A DNA stretch of 64,000 nt from Octopus sinensis (GCF_006345805.1 NC_043008.1:37014001-37078000), one strand, 5' to 3'; numbered from the stretch's first letter, positions 12,488-26,342 are shown. Notes: generated by a model from the letters alone, not told the origin. A program made the numbers and translations.

Positions 12488-13189
12488 CATATATCATTGG
12501 TTATGTGCATATGTAGAAGACAGTCACACTGTGCTGAACGTGTCCATATATGTATATATATACATACACACATAAATATGTATGTCATGTATGTACACAT
12601 ATATCCAAACACACACCACACACACATTCATAAGCTCATACATAGATCTACACCAAACACACAAATCTGTCTATGTAATGTTATATGCAGAAGAAAGAAC
12701 GACAAGAAGTGAAAGAGAAACCAGTTAATGGGAGAGAGAGAGAGAGAGAGAGAGAGTGAAAGGAAGAGTGAAAGAAGGAGAGAAAGAGAGAGAGAGAAGA
12801 GAGGTGAGAAAGACTTGAAATAAGAAAGAAAGAAGCCTCATATACAAGGATATAGAAATGTCAAAGTAATAGTTTATTGTGGACCCCAGCAAATAATATG
12901 GAAAGACGAGCTAAATTTTATTAGTCTGTGTCGTGTATCTTCAATAAACTATCATCACTCAACGTTTCACTGAAGATTTTTACTGTGTTCTTCATCTTTC
13001 AATTGCTGTGTTTGCTCCATTTGTTTCATATTCTGAGATATTGTCTTACGCGACTGGACGAATTGTCAATTACAGCCTCTGAGCTTGCACTGGTCAGTTT
13101 TGTAATGTAAATGGTAAACTGTTGTTTGTAGCTAACAGTTGGTTTATACATATATGGACACATATATACACATACACATATGGTGTGTG

Positions 13190-13301
13190 TGTATATATAT
13201 ATATATATAATATATATATATATATATTTACATATTATATATATATAAATATATATATATGTATGAATACATATATACACATATATATACATACACATAT
13301 G

Positions 13302-13383
<82 letters not shown>

Positions 13384-13390
13384 TATATAT

Positions 13391-13452
<62 letters not shown>

Positions 13453-13470
13453 AATATATATATATGTATG
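13190..13470. repeat. (TA)n microsatellite
   Basis: Direct reading. Confidence 0.95.
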
Positions 13471-13589
13471 AATACATATATACATATATACACATACACA
13501 CATATACATATATATCTGCACACACACCCTGGCAAACACACACACACTTACAAACACACACACACATATTTATATGTATATTTTTTTAT

Positions 13590-13773
13590 CTTCTACTTGT
13601 TTTAGCCACTAAACTAAAGCCATGCTGGGGCACTGCTTGGTACTTATTCTATCAGTCTCTTTTCTCAAATTGCTAAGTTACGGGGGACATGAATACACCA
13701 GCTCATGTTGTCGCATGGTGATGGTAGACACACACAGACACATCAAAGATGTCCACATGCACACACACACACA

Positions 13774-13813
<40 letters not shown>

Positions 13814-13980
13814 CACACACACATATACACACAATGAGCTTCTTTCAGTTTCTGTCTACCAAATCCATTCACGAGGCTTTGGTTGACATGAGGCTATAGT
13901 AGAAGACACCTGCCTTAGGTGCCATGCAGTGGAACTGAACCCGGAATCATGTGGTTGGGAAGCAAGCTTCTTATTACACA
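13590..13980 (-). mobile_element. Family A SINE with internal (CA)n
   Basis: Reverse-complement match to family A. Confidence 0.75.
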
Positions 13981-13998
13981 CATATATATTCGTATATG

Positions 13999-14035
<37 letters not shown>

Positions 14036-14070
14036 GCACACACACACACACTCACACACACATAAACATA

Positions 14071-14623
14071 CATGACAGAAGTAAATAGACAGACACCCTT
14101 ATAATAATTAAAATTTATCTAAATCTGAAGTTATACATTCAAATTATTTATCAATTGTTATAATGTGAGTATTTAATATTTAGTAGGCATGCCCTTTGCA
14201 TTTTTCAATGTAAGGACCCTTTTAGGCATGTTATTGATCAGATGACAAATATTCTCTTGTGGAATTTCTTGCCAAGTTTCATATGGTAATCGCAAAAGTT
14301 CTGGCTTTGAAGATGCTTTCTTGGTCTTTTTATGAACTGTCCTTTCTATTATGCCCCAGAGGTGTTCAGTAGGGTTCATATCAGGTGACTAGCTTGGCTA
14401 TGGAACCTTTTTAATGCCATTCTCATCTAACAAATCTTGAGTTATTTTAACCATGTGATAAGGAACCTTGTCTTCCATAAATAGTCTTCTTTAATCATTT
14501 CACCATTGGAGAAGACTGGAAGGAATCCTTTCTGCAATATGGACACATATTTATCTGAGTTTATGTTGCTCTCACATTCCACCAGCTCGATGTTTTATGG
14601 GCTGTCTATTTACTTCTGTCATG
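14071..14623 (-). mobile_element. Internally deleted Tc1 (DD34E) DNA transposon
   Basis: Perfect 22-bp terminal inverted repeats catgacagaagtaaatagacag (14071-14092 and 14602-14623), TA on the left. Translation FMED-x34-E with SPDMNPTEHLW and C-terminal G.PTKY; two in-frame stops and a frameshift. Confidence 0.85.
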
Positions 14624-14689
14624 TCTGTGTATCATTCTACATTTATATATACATATATATATATCATACACACACACACACATATGATG

Positions 14690-14940
14690 GCCGTCCACTT
14701 GTGACCAAAGAAGAGCATTGTGACCTTTAGGAACATTGTGCGCTCTAAGACTAACTTATATTTTGCATTTGCAGCTCCGTTGGTGGCTAATGAGCCCTGC
14801 TGTTGACAAGCATACACTACTGCAAACATTGCAAACCAAGCTTTCCCATTAACTACACTATCGTTGTGTTTTCAAGCAGCACGCTTAAATTCTTTATGCA
14901 AAATATGTGCTCTCTCAAAGGTGTCGAGACCCCAGCTTTC
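14690..14940 (-). mobile_element. RTE-clade LINE 3' fragment with C-terminal zinc-finger
   Basis: DTFERAHILHKEFKRAA*K followed by LVCNVCSSVCLSTAGLISHQRSC*. Confidence 0.55.
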
Positions 14941-15689
14941 TTTGTATATACACACACACATACATATGTATGTGTGTTTGTATGTTTGTTTGTTTGTGTG
15001 TATTAACAGTTTAACTCAGTTCCATGCTACTTAACATTTTGTGGATGTAGGACATGTTCACCTTGGCAGATATTCAGAGATGCATAACTCTAAACAAATG
15101 GGTTGAGTGCTGTTTTCTTTCATTTCCTCATTCGCTGGCAAATATAAAGTTCTCTTCTTCATGTCTACATGGGTTAGACAGAATTCATTGATGCAGAATT
15201 TTTATGGTTGGATGCATCTCCTGTTACCAACCTACACATATTTCTCATATGTTTCTGACTAAGGTAATTTTTACAGGTAATATTTACACATGGCTGGACA
15301 CATTGTCATGAAAGATTGGAAACCACCAACACTGTTTTTATGGTGGTGGTGCCTATTTATGACTATTTGTGATGTCAAGTGAAGAAGACACAAACATACA
15401 TGCACATACATGCATACACACACACGCACACACACAATAGGCTTCTTTAAGTTTTCACCTACCAAATCCACTCGCAAAGACTTGGCTGGCCTGAATCTAT
15501 AGCAGCAGACTGTTGCTCAAGGTGCCATGCACCTGGACTGAACTCAAAGCCATGAAGTTGGGAAGCAAACATTTTAACCATGCAGTTTTGGACTTCACCT
15601 ATTTCATGCATACATATACACATAAGACCTGGATATTAAATGCTCAGCATACCAAAAGAAAAAAAAACAAAAAAAAAAGCCCACACATG

Positions 15690-15850
15690 GATGAAGTGAA
15701 GTCTCTCTTGGACTCATAACTACTACATCACATCACATTTTGAAGGCTATGGATTTGCAATCCAAGAACAGGAAATTGCTACTAAATACCTAAGCAACAA
15801 AAGAGACAATGGAACCCTTGTAGCTCCAAGATGCAACCGAAAATGTAGAT
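15690..15850 (+). mobile_element. Dong/R4-like LINE fragment
   Basis: HFEGYGFAIQEQEIATKYLSNKR...CNRKCR parallels the ETEGFIMAAQDQSL...KCRFC motif at 32.1 kb. Confidence 0.4.
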
Positions 15851-16242
15851 ACATGCATACATACATACATACATACATATTCATTTGTCTATGTGAGTTT
15901 CAACATACATATATACTGTCTGCTGCCTACTACTGTTCGCCCTACCTCACACGCCTACACACAGACGCACACACTAACATATACATATATTTTTTGTTTT
16001 TTTATCTCGCCTCACACACACATACACACACGCACACGCACACACTCACACATACACACACATCTGTTGCGTTACCAACCCTGTCTCCACTCTTTTGGCT
16101 TTAAAAACCTACTTTGCTCTTGTTATCGTAAACTTCTGCCTTTCACCATGTGTACTTCGTAAACACCAGTCGTTTTTTTTTTTTTTCTCCATCTCTTGTT
16201 GCCCACTTTGGGATCTTTCTTTCCTCTCTCTTCCTTCTTTAT

Positions 16243-16277
16243 GTTTCCGACGAAGAGCTCCGCTCGAAACGTCATAC
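16243..16277 (+). ncRNA. Minimal hammerhead-like motif (Penelope type), second copy
   Basis: GTTT-CCGACGA-AGAGC-tcc-GCTC-GAAAC-GTC-ATAC. U4 replaced by C; shares a downstream ttcYtgagcgc motif with the 4384 copy. Confidence 0.5.
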
Positions 16278-16374
16278 CTTCCTGCTTCCATATTTCCTGA
16301 GCGCCTATTAATAATAATACTGTAATTGTTCCACGTGTTGTTGTTTTTTTGTTTTCCCGTTTGGATTAAAATTA

Positions 16375-16445
16375 TATATATATATATATATTATATATAT
16401 ATGTATGTATATATGTATATATATATGTATATGTATATATGTATG

Positions 16446-16478
<33 letters not shown>

Positions 16479-16488
16479 CATCTGTATA

Positions 16489-16585
<97 letters not shown>
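16375..16585. repeat. (TA)n microsatellite
   Basis: Direct reading. Confidence 0.95.
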
Positions 16586-16587
<2 letters not shown>

Positions 16588-17329
16588 AGTAATGTTCTTT
16601 GGCATTTTCTGTTCCCACACTTTTGAATAACTATATAAAAGCTACTATCTTTATTGTGTAGTTTGTGCTCCTGTTTGTATATCGAAATGTGTGTGTGCGT
16701 GTGTGTACTCACACATTATATTTGTAAGTAGTTCTGTGAGCAGAGAACTAGATATATATATATTGTACAGCAAATGTATTTATTATATGATATTTAAAAC
16801 TGACTATTATTCCATTACATTGAATTTCATACCAACAAAGCATTCCTCAGATGGGAGCTCAGTAAAGAAGTATCTAACACATCATTGTTATATCACAAGT
16901 GTTTAGTAACAAGGGAAACACTGGGTGAACTTTCAGTGGGATTTTATGCTCCACTAGTTCTTTCATATATTGTTGAAGGAAAAGTATTGAATATAGTTGG
17001 TAATTTTACATAGTATAATTTACAATAGAGGCAAGGACCACTGCTATTGTGAAAAACAAGTGGAATAAACACAGTGAAATACAGTAGTGTGCTAACAGGA
17101 AATATATGTGATACGAAGCATTTAATGCAGTATCGTAGAAAAATATATTGTAAACATTCAGTATGCTATAAAACTTCCAACTTGTGAGTCAAATCAGCCG
17201 TGATTTCCCTATTGTAATTTATTAAATAGAACTTATTCTCATGGCAGCACTTAGAGAGAATTTAAGATCTTTTATTTAAATGGATGGTAGAATTGGTTGA
17301 AAGAATATCTTTTATCTTTTACTTTACTT

Positions 17330-17715
17330 ATTTCACTCACTGGAGAGCAGCCATGCTGTGTTACTGCCATGAAGAGATTAACAGAACAAATCAGATCCAG
17401 TCCTTATTTATTTTTTTTAATATGGTACTTGTTCTATTAGTCTTTTTCTGCCAAACCACTAAGTTACAAGGATGTAAACAAACCAACATCAGCTGTTAAG
17501 TCATAGTAGGGGACATATATCTTTATACACACACACACACACACACACTCATGACAGACATCCACATTGTTTCTGTCTACCAAATTTAATCACAGAACAT
17601 TGGTCATCTCAGGGCTTAAATAGATGACACTTGCCCAAAGTGGCATTCAGTGGGATTGAACCGGAAGCCATGTGAGTGCAAAGCTACTTTCTTAACCACA
17701 CAGTCGTGCCTGCAT
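17330..17715 (-). mobile_element. Family A SINE, diverged
   Basis: Reverse-complement match. Confidence 0.7.
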
Positions 17716-18119
17716 TAATTGTGTGCTGACCTTCCCATCTTTTTCCATAAAAGTTTGCACTTGGAGCTTGTTGTGGGGGTGGGGGCTGTAAATAAGTTTC
17801 AAATGGGATTGATTAAAGAAATTAAGAATGCTAATACCACTAAAGATGATCCACTATGGTTTTTAGGTTGTGGTCATGGTGCCAACTGTATCAGCATTAG
17901 CCCAGAGTTTTGGTGGTAGTTGCTGAGAATGTAGTCCAGGGTCCTTCTTTACAGACACAGAAGGCCAGCTGGTGATTGCCCTTCTCTTATCAAGTTGAAT
18001 GCACATGGGAGAATGACACACATATATATGCATACATATATACATATATCTCTATTTGTAAACAGTAAGGGACTACTCCAAATGTTTATATTTATATAGT
18101 TGTGGCTGTTGTCAGTGTC

Positions 18120-18575
18120 ATTTAACTGGCACGCGTACTGGGGGCATATAAAAAGCACCTGTCAAGCGCTGGGCTTCACAGAGTCAATGTGGCTGATGCT
18201 GTTTGTTGTGTAACTAGCACCTGTGCTGGTGGCACATAAAAAGCATCTTTCAAGCACTGGGCCTCAAGGCGGATATGACAAATGACCAAGACCCTTGACA
18301 ATATGCTGTGCTTTGAATAAAAGATCCATCAAGCCAAGTGAAATCATTGTCGTGGCAGATACTGGTGTTGTGCAGCTGGCACCTGTGCCAGTGCCATGTA
18401 AAAGCACCCATTACATTCTTGGAGTTGTTGATGTTAGGAAGGGCATCCAGGTGTAGAAACCATGCCAAATCAGACTGGAGTCTGGTGCAGGCCCTCAGCC
18501 TACCACCTCTGGTCAAACCATCCAACCCATGCCAGCATGGACACCAGATGCTAGATAGTGATGATGATGATAATG
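18120..18575 (+). mobile_element. RTE-type LINE 3' tail
   Basis: ttaggaagggcatccaggtgtagaaac...aacccatgccagcatgg...gatgatgat. Confidence 0.75.
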
Positions 18576-18960
18576 ATATGTATAGAGAGATAGATAGATA
18601 GATAGACAAATAGATAGATTAATAGATCAGATAAAGATATATATATATATGTGTTTGCATGTATGTGTGTATGTGTACATGTGTGTGTATGAGTAGGAGC
18701 TAACAGCTACCATGTAGAAAACTTCACACGGCCATTTTTGCCTTGATTGCTCCTTTTATTTATTTATTCATTATTTTTCTCTCATTTTCTTCCTTTTTCC
18801 ACTCTTCATCCTATCAAATGATGGACAATATCCACAACGAATAATTAACTCTTTCCTTTTCTCTCAGTATCAAACGAATAAGTTTAATTTACTCTACTGC
18901 CTTATTTTCTATGCTTTTAGCAGTCTTTGTTCTTCCATTATTTCTCTCACTGTAAACATA

Positions 18961-19280
18961 TCATCATCATTATCATCATCATCATTTAACATCCGCCTTC
19001 CATGCTAGCATGGGTGAAACGGTACCATAAGAGCTAGCCAAGGCTGAAGCCTGCACTAGACACCTATGACTGCTTTGGCAGGATTTTTACAGGTGGATGC
19101 CCTTCCTAACACCAACCATTTAGCAGAGTGGACTTAATGCTTTTTTATGTGGCACAACTACAAGCAAGGTCAGTTTTGGCAAGGTTTTTACAGTTGGATG
19201 CTCTTCCAAACACCAACTACTTTACAGTGTGGAATGGGTGCTTTTAAGTGGCACCTGTACTGACAGGGTCACCAAGTACT
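18961..19280 (-). mobile_element. RTE-type LINE 3' tail, second subfamily
   Basis: (CAT)n, ttccatgctagcatggg, and ggatgcccttcctaacaccaacc occurring twice. Confidence 0.65.
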
Positions 19281-19676
19281 TGCAAGACAAAAAAGAGAGG
19301 AGGAGGCATTGGAAGAGATGATGACGAAAAGGTTATAGTGAGACAGATACTGGTGTCTTGCTGAAGAGGAAGTAGAAAGTTACCTGGCCAGAGAGAGAAA
19401 GATCAGGGATGAAGACAGAAACAGGTGTGCTACCACAAAGAAAATACATGGTTGCCCATCCCGAGGGAATTTCAGGAGAGAGAGAGAGAGAGAGAGAGAG
19501 TGGGAGACTGCAGGATGGAGATGGTGGCAAAATGCTGGGCATGCTCACAAGGAACAGAGATCAGAGTATAAATGAGATGGTTGGGTGAATGAAGAGAGAG
19601 ATATAGACAGTAGAAAGTGCCAGGGCATACCTTTGAGGTTCAAATGTGTATATATGTATATGACTGTGTGTATGTA

Positions 19677-19722
<46 letters not shown>

Positions 19723-20008
19723 AGAAATTAAACTGGGGAACAAGGGAATAAGAAAGTATGTCATGAACTTCATCAGCTTACTGTTGTTTCTGCCATAAGA
19801 TGCAATGCTTTCATAGTTGAGCATTTGTGTATCAACCTATAGCTTAAATTAAAGGTTTATATATGAAGTGCACTTCACATTTAAGGCTCTGATGAAGCTG
19901 TAACATGTTACTCAAGCACTCAACTAATGTTTGACTAAAGGCGGTGCTCCAGCATGGCCGCAGTCAAATGACTAAAACAAATAAAAATTTAAAAAATAAA
20001 AAAAGCAT

Positions 20009-20418
20009 AGGCGCAGGAGTGGCTGTGTGGTAAGTAGCATGCTAACCAACCACATGGTTCCGGGTTCAGTCCCACTGCGTGGCATCTTGGGCAAGTGTCT
20101 TCTGCTATAGCCCCGGGCCGACCAATGCCTTGTGAGTGGATTTGGTAGACGGAAACTGAAAGAAGCCTGTCGTATATATGTATATATATATGTGTGTGTG
20201 TGTGTGTATGTGTTTGTTTGTCTGTGTTTGTCCCTCTAGCATTACTTGATAACCGATGCTGGTGTGTTTACGTCCCCGTCACTTAGCGGTTCGGTAAAAG
20301 GGAACGATAGAATAAGTACTGGGCTTACAAAGAATAGGTCCCGATTTGCTCGACTAAAGGCAGTGCTGCAGCATGGCCGCACTCAAAGGACTGAAACAAG
20401 TAAAAGAGTAAAAGAGAG
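20009..20418 (+). mobile_element. Family A SINE, full length, young
   Basis: A/B-box-like head (tggtaagtag, ggttcagtccc), tcttgggcaagtgtctt core, internal TA/TG tract at about 20172-20215, tail aagtaaaagagtaaaag. Confidence 0.9.
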
Positions 20419-20909
20419 AGTATATTTAAATATTGTACTCAAATAAGTCATTTTGTAACTCAAGACAAAAATACACATATTTTTCCTGAAGAGATCCAAT
20501 AATATACAGATTATTGCATCTTTTAAAGTTATAATTATTGATGATTCTAAAATATTGTTATATAGAAACATATATATATGTACGTAGAATATCTTTGGTG
20601 GGTGGGTGGGGGGGATATTTTGGGGTTATTTTATTGGTTGAGGTGGTTTCTTTTATACTCTTATAGGTATAATTTTTCATCTTTTAATTTGCATTACTTT
20701 TCTAATTGTAATACAAATAAAACAAACCAAGCATCTTTTTTTATTTTTATTTTCCATTTTCTTTTATTGACTTTTTAATTTCACGAGACTTTTTATATAC
20801 ATGTATATATTGATGATCTTCCTATCAATATATTTGATTAAACCCAGTTGGCATCAGGATTGTTTTTAACAATCCCTTATGTGGGTATTGCTTCCTTAAT
20901 TTCTGTAAT

Positions 20910-20941
<32 letters not shown>

Positions 20942-21027
20942 CAAAAAGATGTGTTATAACACTATTCCACATATACAGAAACAGCTATACCAACAATATA
21001 TATATGTATGTATCTATATATATATAT

Positions 21028-21065
<38 letters not shown>

Positions 21066-21472
21066 GTGCAGGAGTGGTGTGTGGTAAGTAGCTTGCTTAG
21101 CAACCACATGGTTCCAGGTTCATCCCCACTTTGTGGCACCTTGGGCAAGTGTCTTCTACTATAACCTGGAGCCAACCAAAGCCTTGTGACTGGATTTGTT
21201 TGACGGAAACTGATAGAAGCCTGTCATATGTATGTAACTGTGTGTGTGTGTATGTGTGTGTGTTTGTTTATGTTTGTGTGTCTGTGTTTGTCCCTCTCCA
21301 TCTCTTTACGACCGATGTTGATGTGTTTACATCCCTGTAACTTAGCAGTTCGGCAAAAGAGACCGATAGAATAAGTCCTAGTTTTACAAAGAATAAGTCC
21401 TGGGGTCGATTTGTTCGACTAAAGGTGGTGCTCCAGCATGGCTGCAGTCAAATGCCTGAAACAAATAAAAGA
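21066..21472 (+). mobile_element. Family A SINE, full length
   Basis: Collinear with the 20009 copy. Confidence 0.88.
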
Positions 21473-22126
21473 ATATATATGTGTGTGTGTGTGTGTGTAT
21501 ATACATACATACATACACACATACATACACACATACATACATACATACATTTATATATATGTGTATGTATATACATACATACATATACACATGTGTATAT
21601 ACATACATTTATCCATATATATATATATATATGTATGTTTATATGTGTATATATATGTATGTTTATATGTGCATATATATGTATATACGCAGATATATAT
21701 ATATGTGTGTATGTATGTACATAGACACACATACGTCTTTACCTCTTTGAATGATATATGTTATTTAACATAAAAAAAGAACACACACACACACACATTT
21801 TCATACATACATTCATATACAGACACACATGTATAAATACATATATGTGTGTGTGTACTTATGCTCTTTACTCCTTTTTTCCTCTCTAGTAATGTCACCA
21901 CCACTCGACCACCACTCCGGAGAAACCTATCTCATTAACTCCGATATCATTGAAGATGTCTATATTTCAGTTAATTTCAGATATTCAGATATCTGTTTGT
22001 TTCTTCTCCATCTGGGAGTTGTCATTGGTGAAATAAATCTTTAGATTGAGGAAGAGATTACATGTGTTCTTTCCCCCACCCCACCTCTTTATTTGTTTTA
22101 ATAGCTGTTGTTCTTCAAGTTATTAA

Positions 22127-22144
22127 TGCTGCTGCTGCTGCTGC

Positions 22145-22218
<74 letters not shown>

Positions 22219-22270
22219 CGTCGATGATGTGGTTGTGGTGGTTATGGTGGTAGTGATGGTGATGTTGGTG
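22127..22270. repeat. (GCT)n/(GTT)n/(GGT)n trinucleotide block
   Basis: Direct reading; produces poly-Q/T/N ORF artefacts. Confidence 0.9.
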
Positions 22271-22635
22271 TTGATATAGTGGTGTTGTATTTTCTCCTGG
22301 CTCCCTTGACAGGTGCAATAGATTTCATACTGATATCCTTGTATCACAGTTTTTAGCCAATAGATTTTGTCCACAGTCATTGCTATGTGGTCTTGAAGTC
22401 TGATTCCCAACCATATGGTTTGGGGTTCTGTCCCACTGCCTGACACATTGGGCAAATATCTTCTATTATAATCTTGGGGTGACCAAAATTCTTGTGAGTG
22501 GAACTGGTAGAGAGAAACTGAAAGAAGCCCACTTCATGTATGTGTCTATGTATATATGCTTCAAATGTACAGAAAACAAAAGACAAAGACAGGTGCAAGA
22601 ACAACAAGCAGGTGTGTCTGTGGCATGAAAAACTG

Positions 22636-22854
22636 TACGAGGGAGTACTGGAAAGTTTCTGGCTTTGGGTAAACAAAAATACAGGAGCATCAGTTAATTA
22701 TGATTTTATTCAACATATTCCCCTCTCAGATTCACACACATTTTGCAGTGGTTTTTCAGTTTTTCTAAGTCCTGTAAAAGAACTCACAAGGCTGAGCCTC
22801 CAACCAGGCCTTTCACAATACCCTTAAAGCCAGGAAATTTTCAGCACTTCCTTA
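22636..22854. mobile_element. Mariner-type MITE
   Basis: TA-CGAGGGAGTACTGGAAAGTTTCTGGCTTT left end; imperfect inverted copy AAAGCCAGGAAATTTTCAGCACTTCCTT at 22826-22853. Confidence 0.6.
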
Positions 22855-22894
22855 AATTTATGTATTTATACATTGTGTATGTTAGGGGTTTACT

Positions 22895-23297
22895 CTTTCA
22901 CTTGTTTCAATCATTTGACTGTGGCCATGCTGGAGCACCGCCTTTAGTCGAGCAAATGGGCCCCAAGACTTATTCTTTGTAAGCCTTGTACTTATTCTAT
23001 CAATCTCTTTGACGAGCTGCTAAGTTACGGGGACGTAAACACACCAGCATTGGTTGTCAAGCAATGTTGGGGGCACAAACACAGACACACAAACATATAC
23101 AACACACATATATATATATATATATGCATATATATGACTGGCTTCTTTCAGTTTCCGTCTACCAAATCCACTCACAAGGCTTTGGTCAGCCCGAGGTTAT
23201 AGTAGAAGACACTTGCCCAAGGTGCCATGCAGTCGAACTGAACCCAGGATCATGTGGTTTGTAAGCAAGCTACTTACCACACAGCCACTCCTATGCC
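22895..23297 (-). mobile_element. Family A SINE, full length
   Basis: Reverse-complement match to the 20009 copy. Confidence 0.9.
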
Positions 23298-23705
23298 TAT
23301 AATTGACATCACATGATAGTTATAAATTAGTGTCACTTTCATACAAGCAATATCATTCATTTTCAGTCTTCTTTGAAAATTATTACTTTGCTGGGAAACA
23401 AGTAAAGGTTGGTGATAGGAAAGGCATCAAGCCATAGAATATCTGCCTTGAAAGATTTCATCTAACCCCAGTAATTATGGAAAAATGGACACAAAAAGTT
23501 AACGATGAACATGATTTTATCCTCCTCCTCTTTAAAATGAATGAGAAAGCTGCATGTGCAAGTTACAGAGCTGAAAATTCTTAACAAATTTATTTGTTGT
23601 AATCATTGCACTGCAACCCTGGTGGGACACTGCCTCGAAAGGCCTTGTCAGATTAGTTGACCCCTGTAGTTATTGTTAAGTTTGGTACTTATTTTGTAGG
23701 TTTCT

Positions 23706-23925
23706 GGCAGAAACATTAGCACGCTGGGCGAAATGCTTAGCAGTATTTCGTCTGCCGTTACGTTCTGAGTTCAAATTCCGCCGAGGTCGACTTTACCTTT
23801 CATCCTTTCAGGGTCGATAAATTAAGTACCAGTTATGCACTGGAGTCGATATAATTGACTTAATCAGTTTGTCTGTCCTTGTTTGTCCTCTCTGTGTTTA
23901 GCCCCTTGTGGGTAATAAAGAAATA
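23706..23925 (+). mobile_element. Family B SINE, well preserved
   Basis: ggcagaaacattagcacgctgggcgaaatg...gagttcaaattccgccgaggtcgacttt...gtgggtaataaagaaata; A/B-box-like motifs. Confidence 0.8.
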
Positions 23926-24587
23926 GGTTTCTTTTGCTAAACTGCTTAGTTATAGGGAAGTAAACAAACTAACAATGGTTGTCAAGCAGTGACTGGACAA
24001 ACACAAAGACATGCACACATACACACACACACATACACTCATACATACACACATATATATAACAAGGTTTCCACATAGTTTCCATTTACCAAATTTACCC
24101 ACAAGGCATTGGTCGACCTGGAGCTATAGCAGAAGAAACATGCCCAAACTGCTATGCTGTGGGACTGAACCCAAAACCATACAGTTATTGCAAAATGAGA
24201 TCCTAAACCACACAGCCATATCTGTACTCTTTCTGTAATGCATGTTCAAATCTCAGCAATGACTATATCGTTCATTCCTCCAGGATCAATAATATATACC
24301 CTAGTCATCTTTTACTATGCTTTGTTCAACTGCCCACATTCTTTTTCTCCAATTTTGTGGCCAAACAGAAGCAGTCAATATTGCAGTGTTTAGTTCAATC
24401 CTCATGGCAACCATTTTCTTTTTGACCTTCATCTTTCTGAATTTATGAAACCATTTATATTTTCTTCCTATGAATTATAGCCTCAGACCAAAATTAGAAA
24501 TTGCTTTATCTATCATCCTTGTAGCAATTAAAAAAAAAACAAAACAAACTATTTTGCTATTACTGTTATTATTATTATTATTATTAT

Positions 24588-24696
24588 TCAGTAGTTTTAT
24601 TTTTATAGCGTGCTTTCACTTCACTACCGAGCACAGCTCTGTGTGCCTTGGGTATGTGCTGTGATTTGTTGCGATGCTCTGATGGTTATTGTATGG

Positions 24697-24702
<6 letters not shown>
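24588..24702 (-). mobile_element. Dong/R4 3' end embedded in (TAA)n
   Basis: 104/106 identical to 32708-32813; TAA arrays on both sides. Dong assignment is inferred from context and similarity to 31151-31306. Confidence 0.65.
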
Positions 24703-24760
<58 letters not shown>

Positions 24761-24934
24761 TATTATTATCATTATTATTATTATTATCATTATTATTATT
24801 ATTATTATTATTACTTTTTTTTTCGTCTTTCAAATTTGCTTCCATTTCTTGCCGAGTGTCTTCCCGACTCCTAGGGCAAAGAAACTCATAGTATACATTG
24901 GTAGGCCATTAAACCAAACTCAATAGTTCGTTAA

Positions 24935-24965
<31 letters not shown>

Positions 24966-25096
24966 ATTAAAATACATGAGCAGCAACAGTTCTCACATCG
25001 ACAATGCTCTTCTCAATACGTGTGATGTACCAGTTAAGACAATCTTTTTCACTTCTTTTGCACTTATTATTATTATCATTATTATTATTATTATTA

Positions 25097-25142
<46 letters not shown>

Positions 25143-25166
25143 GATTGTTATTATTATTATTATTAC

Positions 25167-25216
<50 letters not shown>

Positions 25217-25624
25217 GTTCAAATCCCACTGAAGTCAGCTTTGCCTTTCATCCACTTGGTCTATAAAATATTAGTGCTTGTCTGAAACAGGGTAGTTGTA
25301 ATCAACTCATTCCATTTCCTCCAAATTGCTGGTTATGCATCTGAATTACAAACATTATTGTTGTTGTTGTTGTTGTTGTTGTAGTGATGGTGGCGGTGGC
25401 GGCAGCGGCGGCGGCAGAATTGTTAGCACACTGGACAAAATGCTCAGTGCCGTTTCATCTGCCTTTATGTTCTGAATTCAAATTCCACCAAGCTTGACTT
25501 AGCCTTTAATCCTTTTGGGTTTAATGAAATAAACACCTTTTAAGTACTGGACTCAGTGTTCCCAACTAGCTCCCTCCACTAAAATTTCATGCCTTATGCC
25601 ATTAGTAGAAAGCATTGTCTAGTG

Positions 25625-26090
25625 TGTAGTTGGGTTTTTTGTTTTACATGAGCCTGCTGTCAAACTTTAGCAAAAGACCTTTGATGGGAAGTACCTTTCT
25701 AAGAATATTAGGTAAAACTTTGGTGGACTTGCATCTCTTTTTTGATGTCCACTGTTCAGTATAGTTTGGTAACTTTTGGGGGAGTGAACCTAATGCTCCA
25801 ATAATAATTGATACTGCTTTCACTTTCAATTCCAGATCTCACTTCATTTTTGATATCTCTCCTTTTAACTCAGCATATTTCGAGATATTTTCTACTTCCT
25901 TGTCTGCGATATTTTTGTCTAATATTTTTATCATATTTTTATAATAAAGCATCCTATTTTTTATGTAATGTATAATGATATGTGGTCTATGTTTTTTAAT
26001 TATTCTGTCTGTCTGGATGTTAGAATTTTATCAAAGTTTTGGTTCCCCAGGTGTATTTAGAATTTTTTTGGGTATATGATTGTTCTTTTT
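25625..26090 (-). mobile_element. Decayed Dong/R4 REL-endonuclease fragment
   Basis: DKNIADKEVENISKYAELKGEISKMK*...KVKAVSIIIGALG...NILRKVL. Confidence 0.75.
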
Positions 26091-26342
26091 TTCCCAAAGT
26101 GTTATATTCATAGCTTTTACAAAGTGATCAGAACAAATTAAGTCAAACCATATCATGACATCATTTGTATTCATTCTGAGCTGACATTTTGCAGCCTTCA
26201 ATAATATGGCCAGTATTTTCCACTTGCTGATTTCACAGGTGGCACTTGTTTGTTAAAGCAACAAATTAAATCCTCTTGCTCACTGAACTGGTATTTAGAG
26301 CTTAATCTTGAGCAGATTTCAGCAGACTTTCACTTTCTCTCT

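Noticed and set aside
19884-19915. CTGATGAAGC followed by palindrome GTAACATGTTAC; similar CTGATGAAG at about 40905
   Set aside because: No GAAA, and no convincing stem II or stem I.
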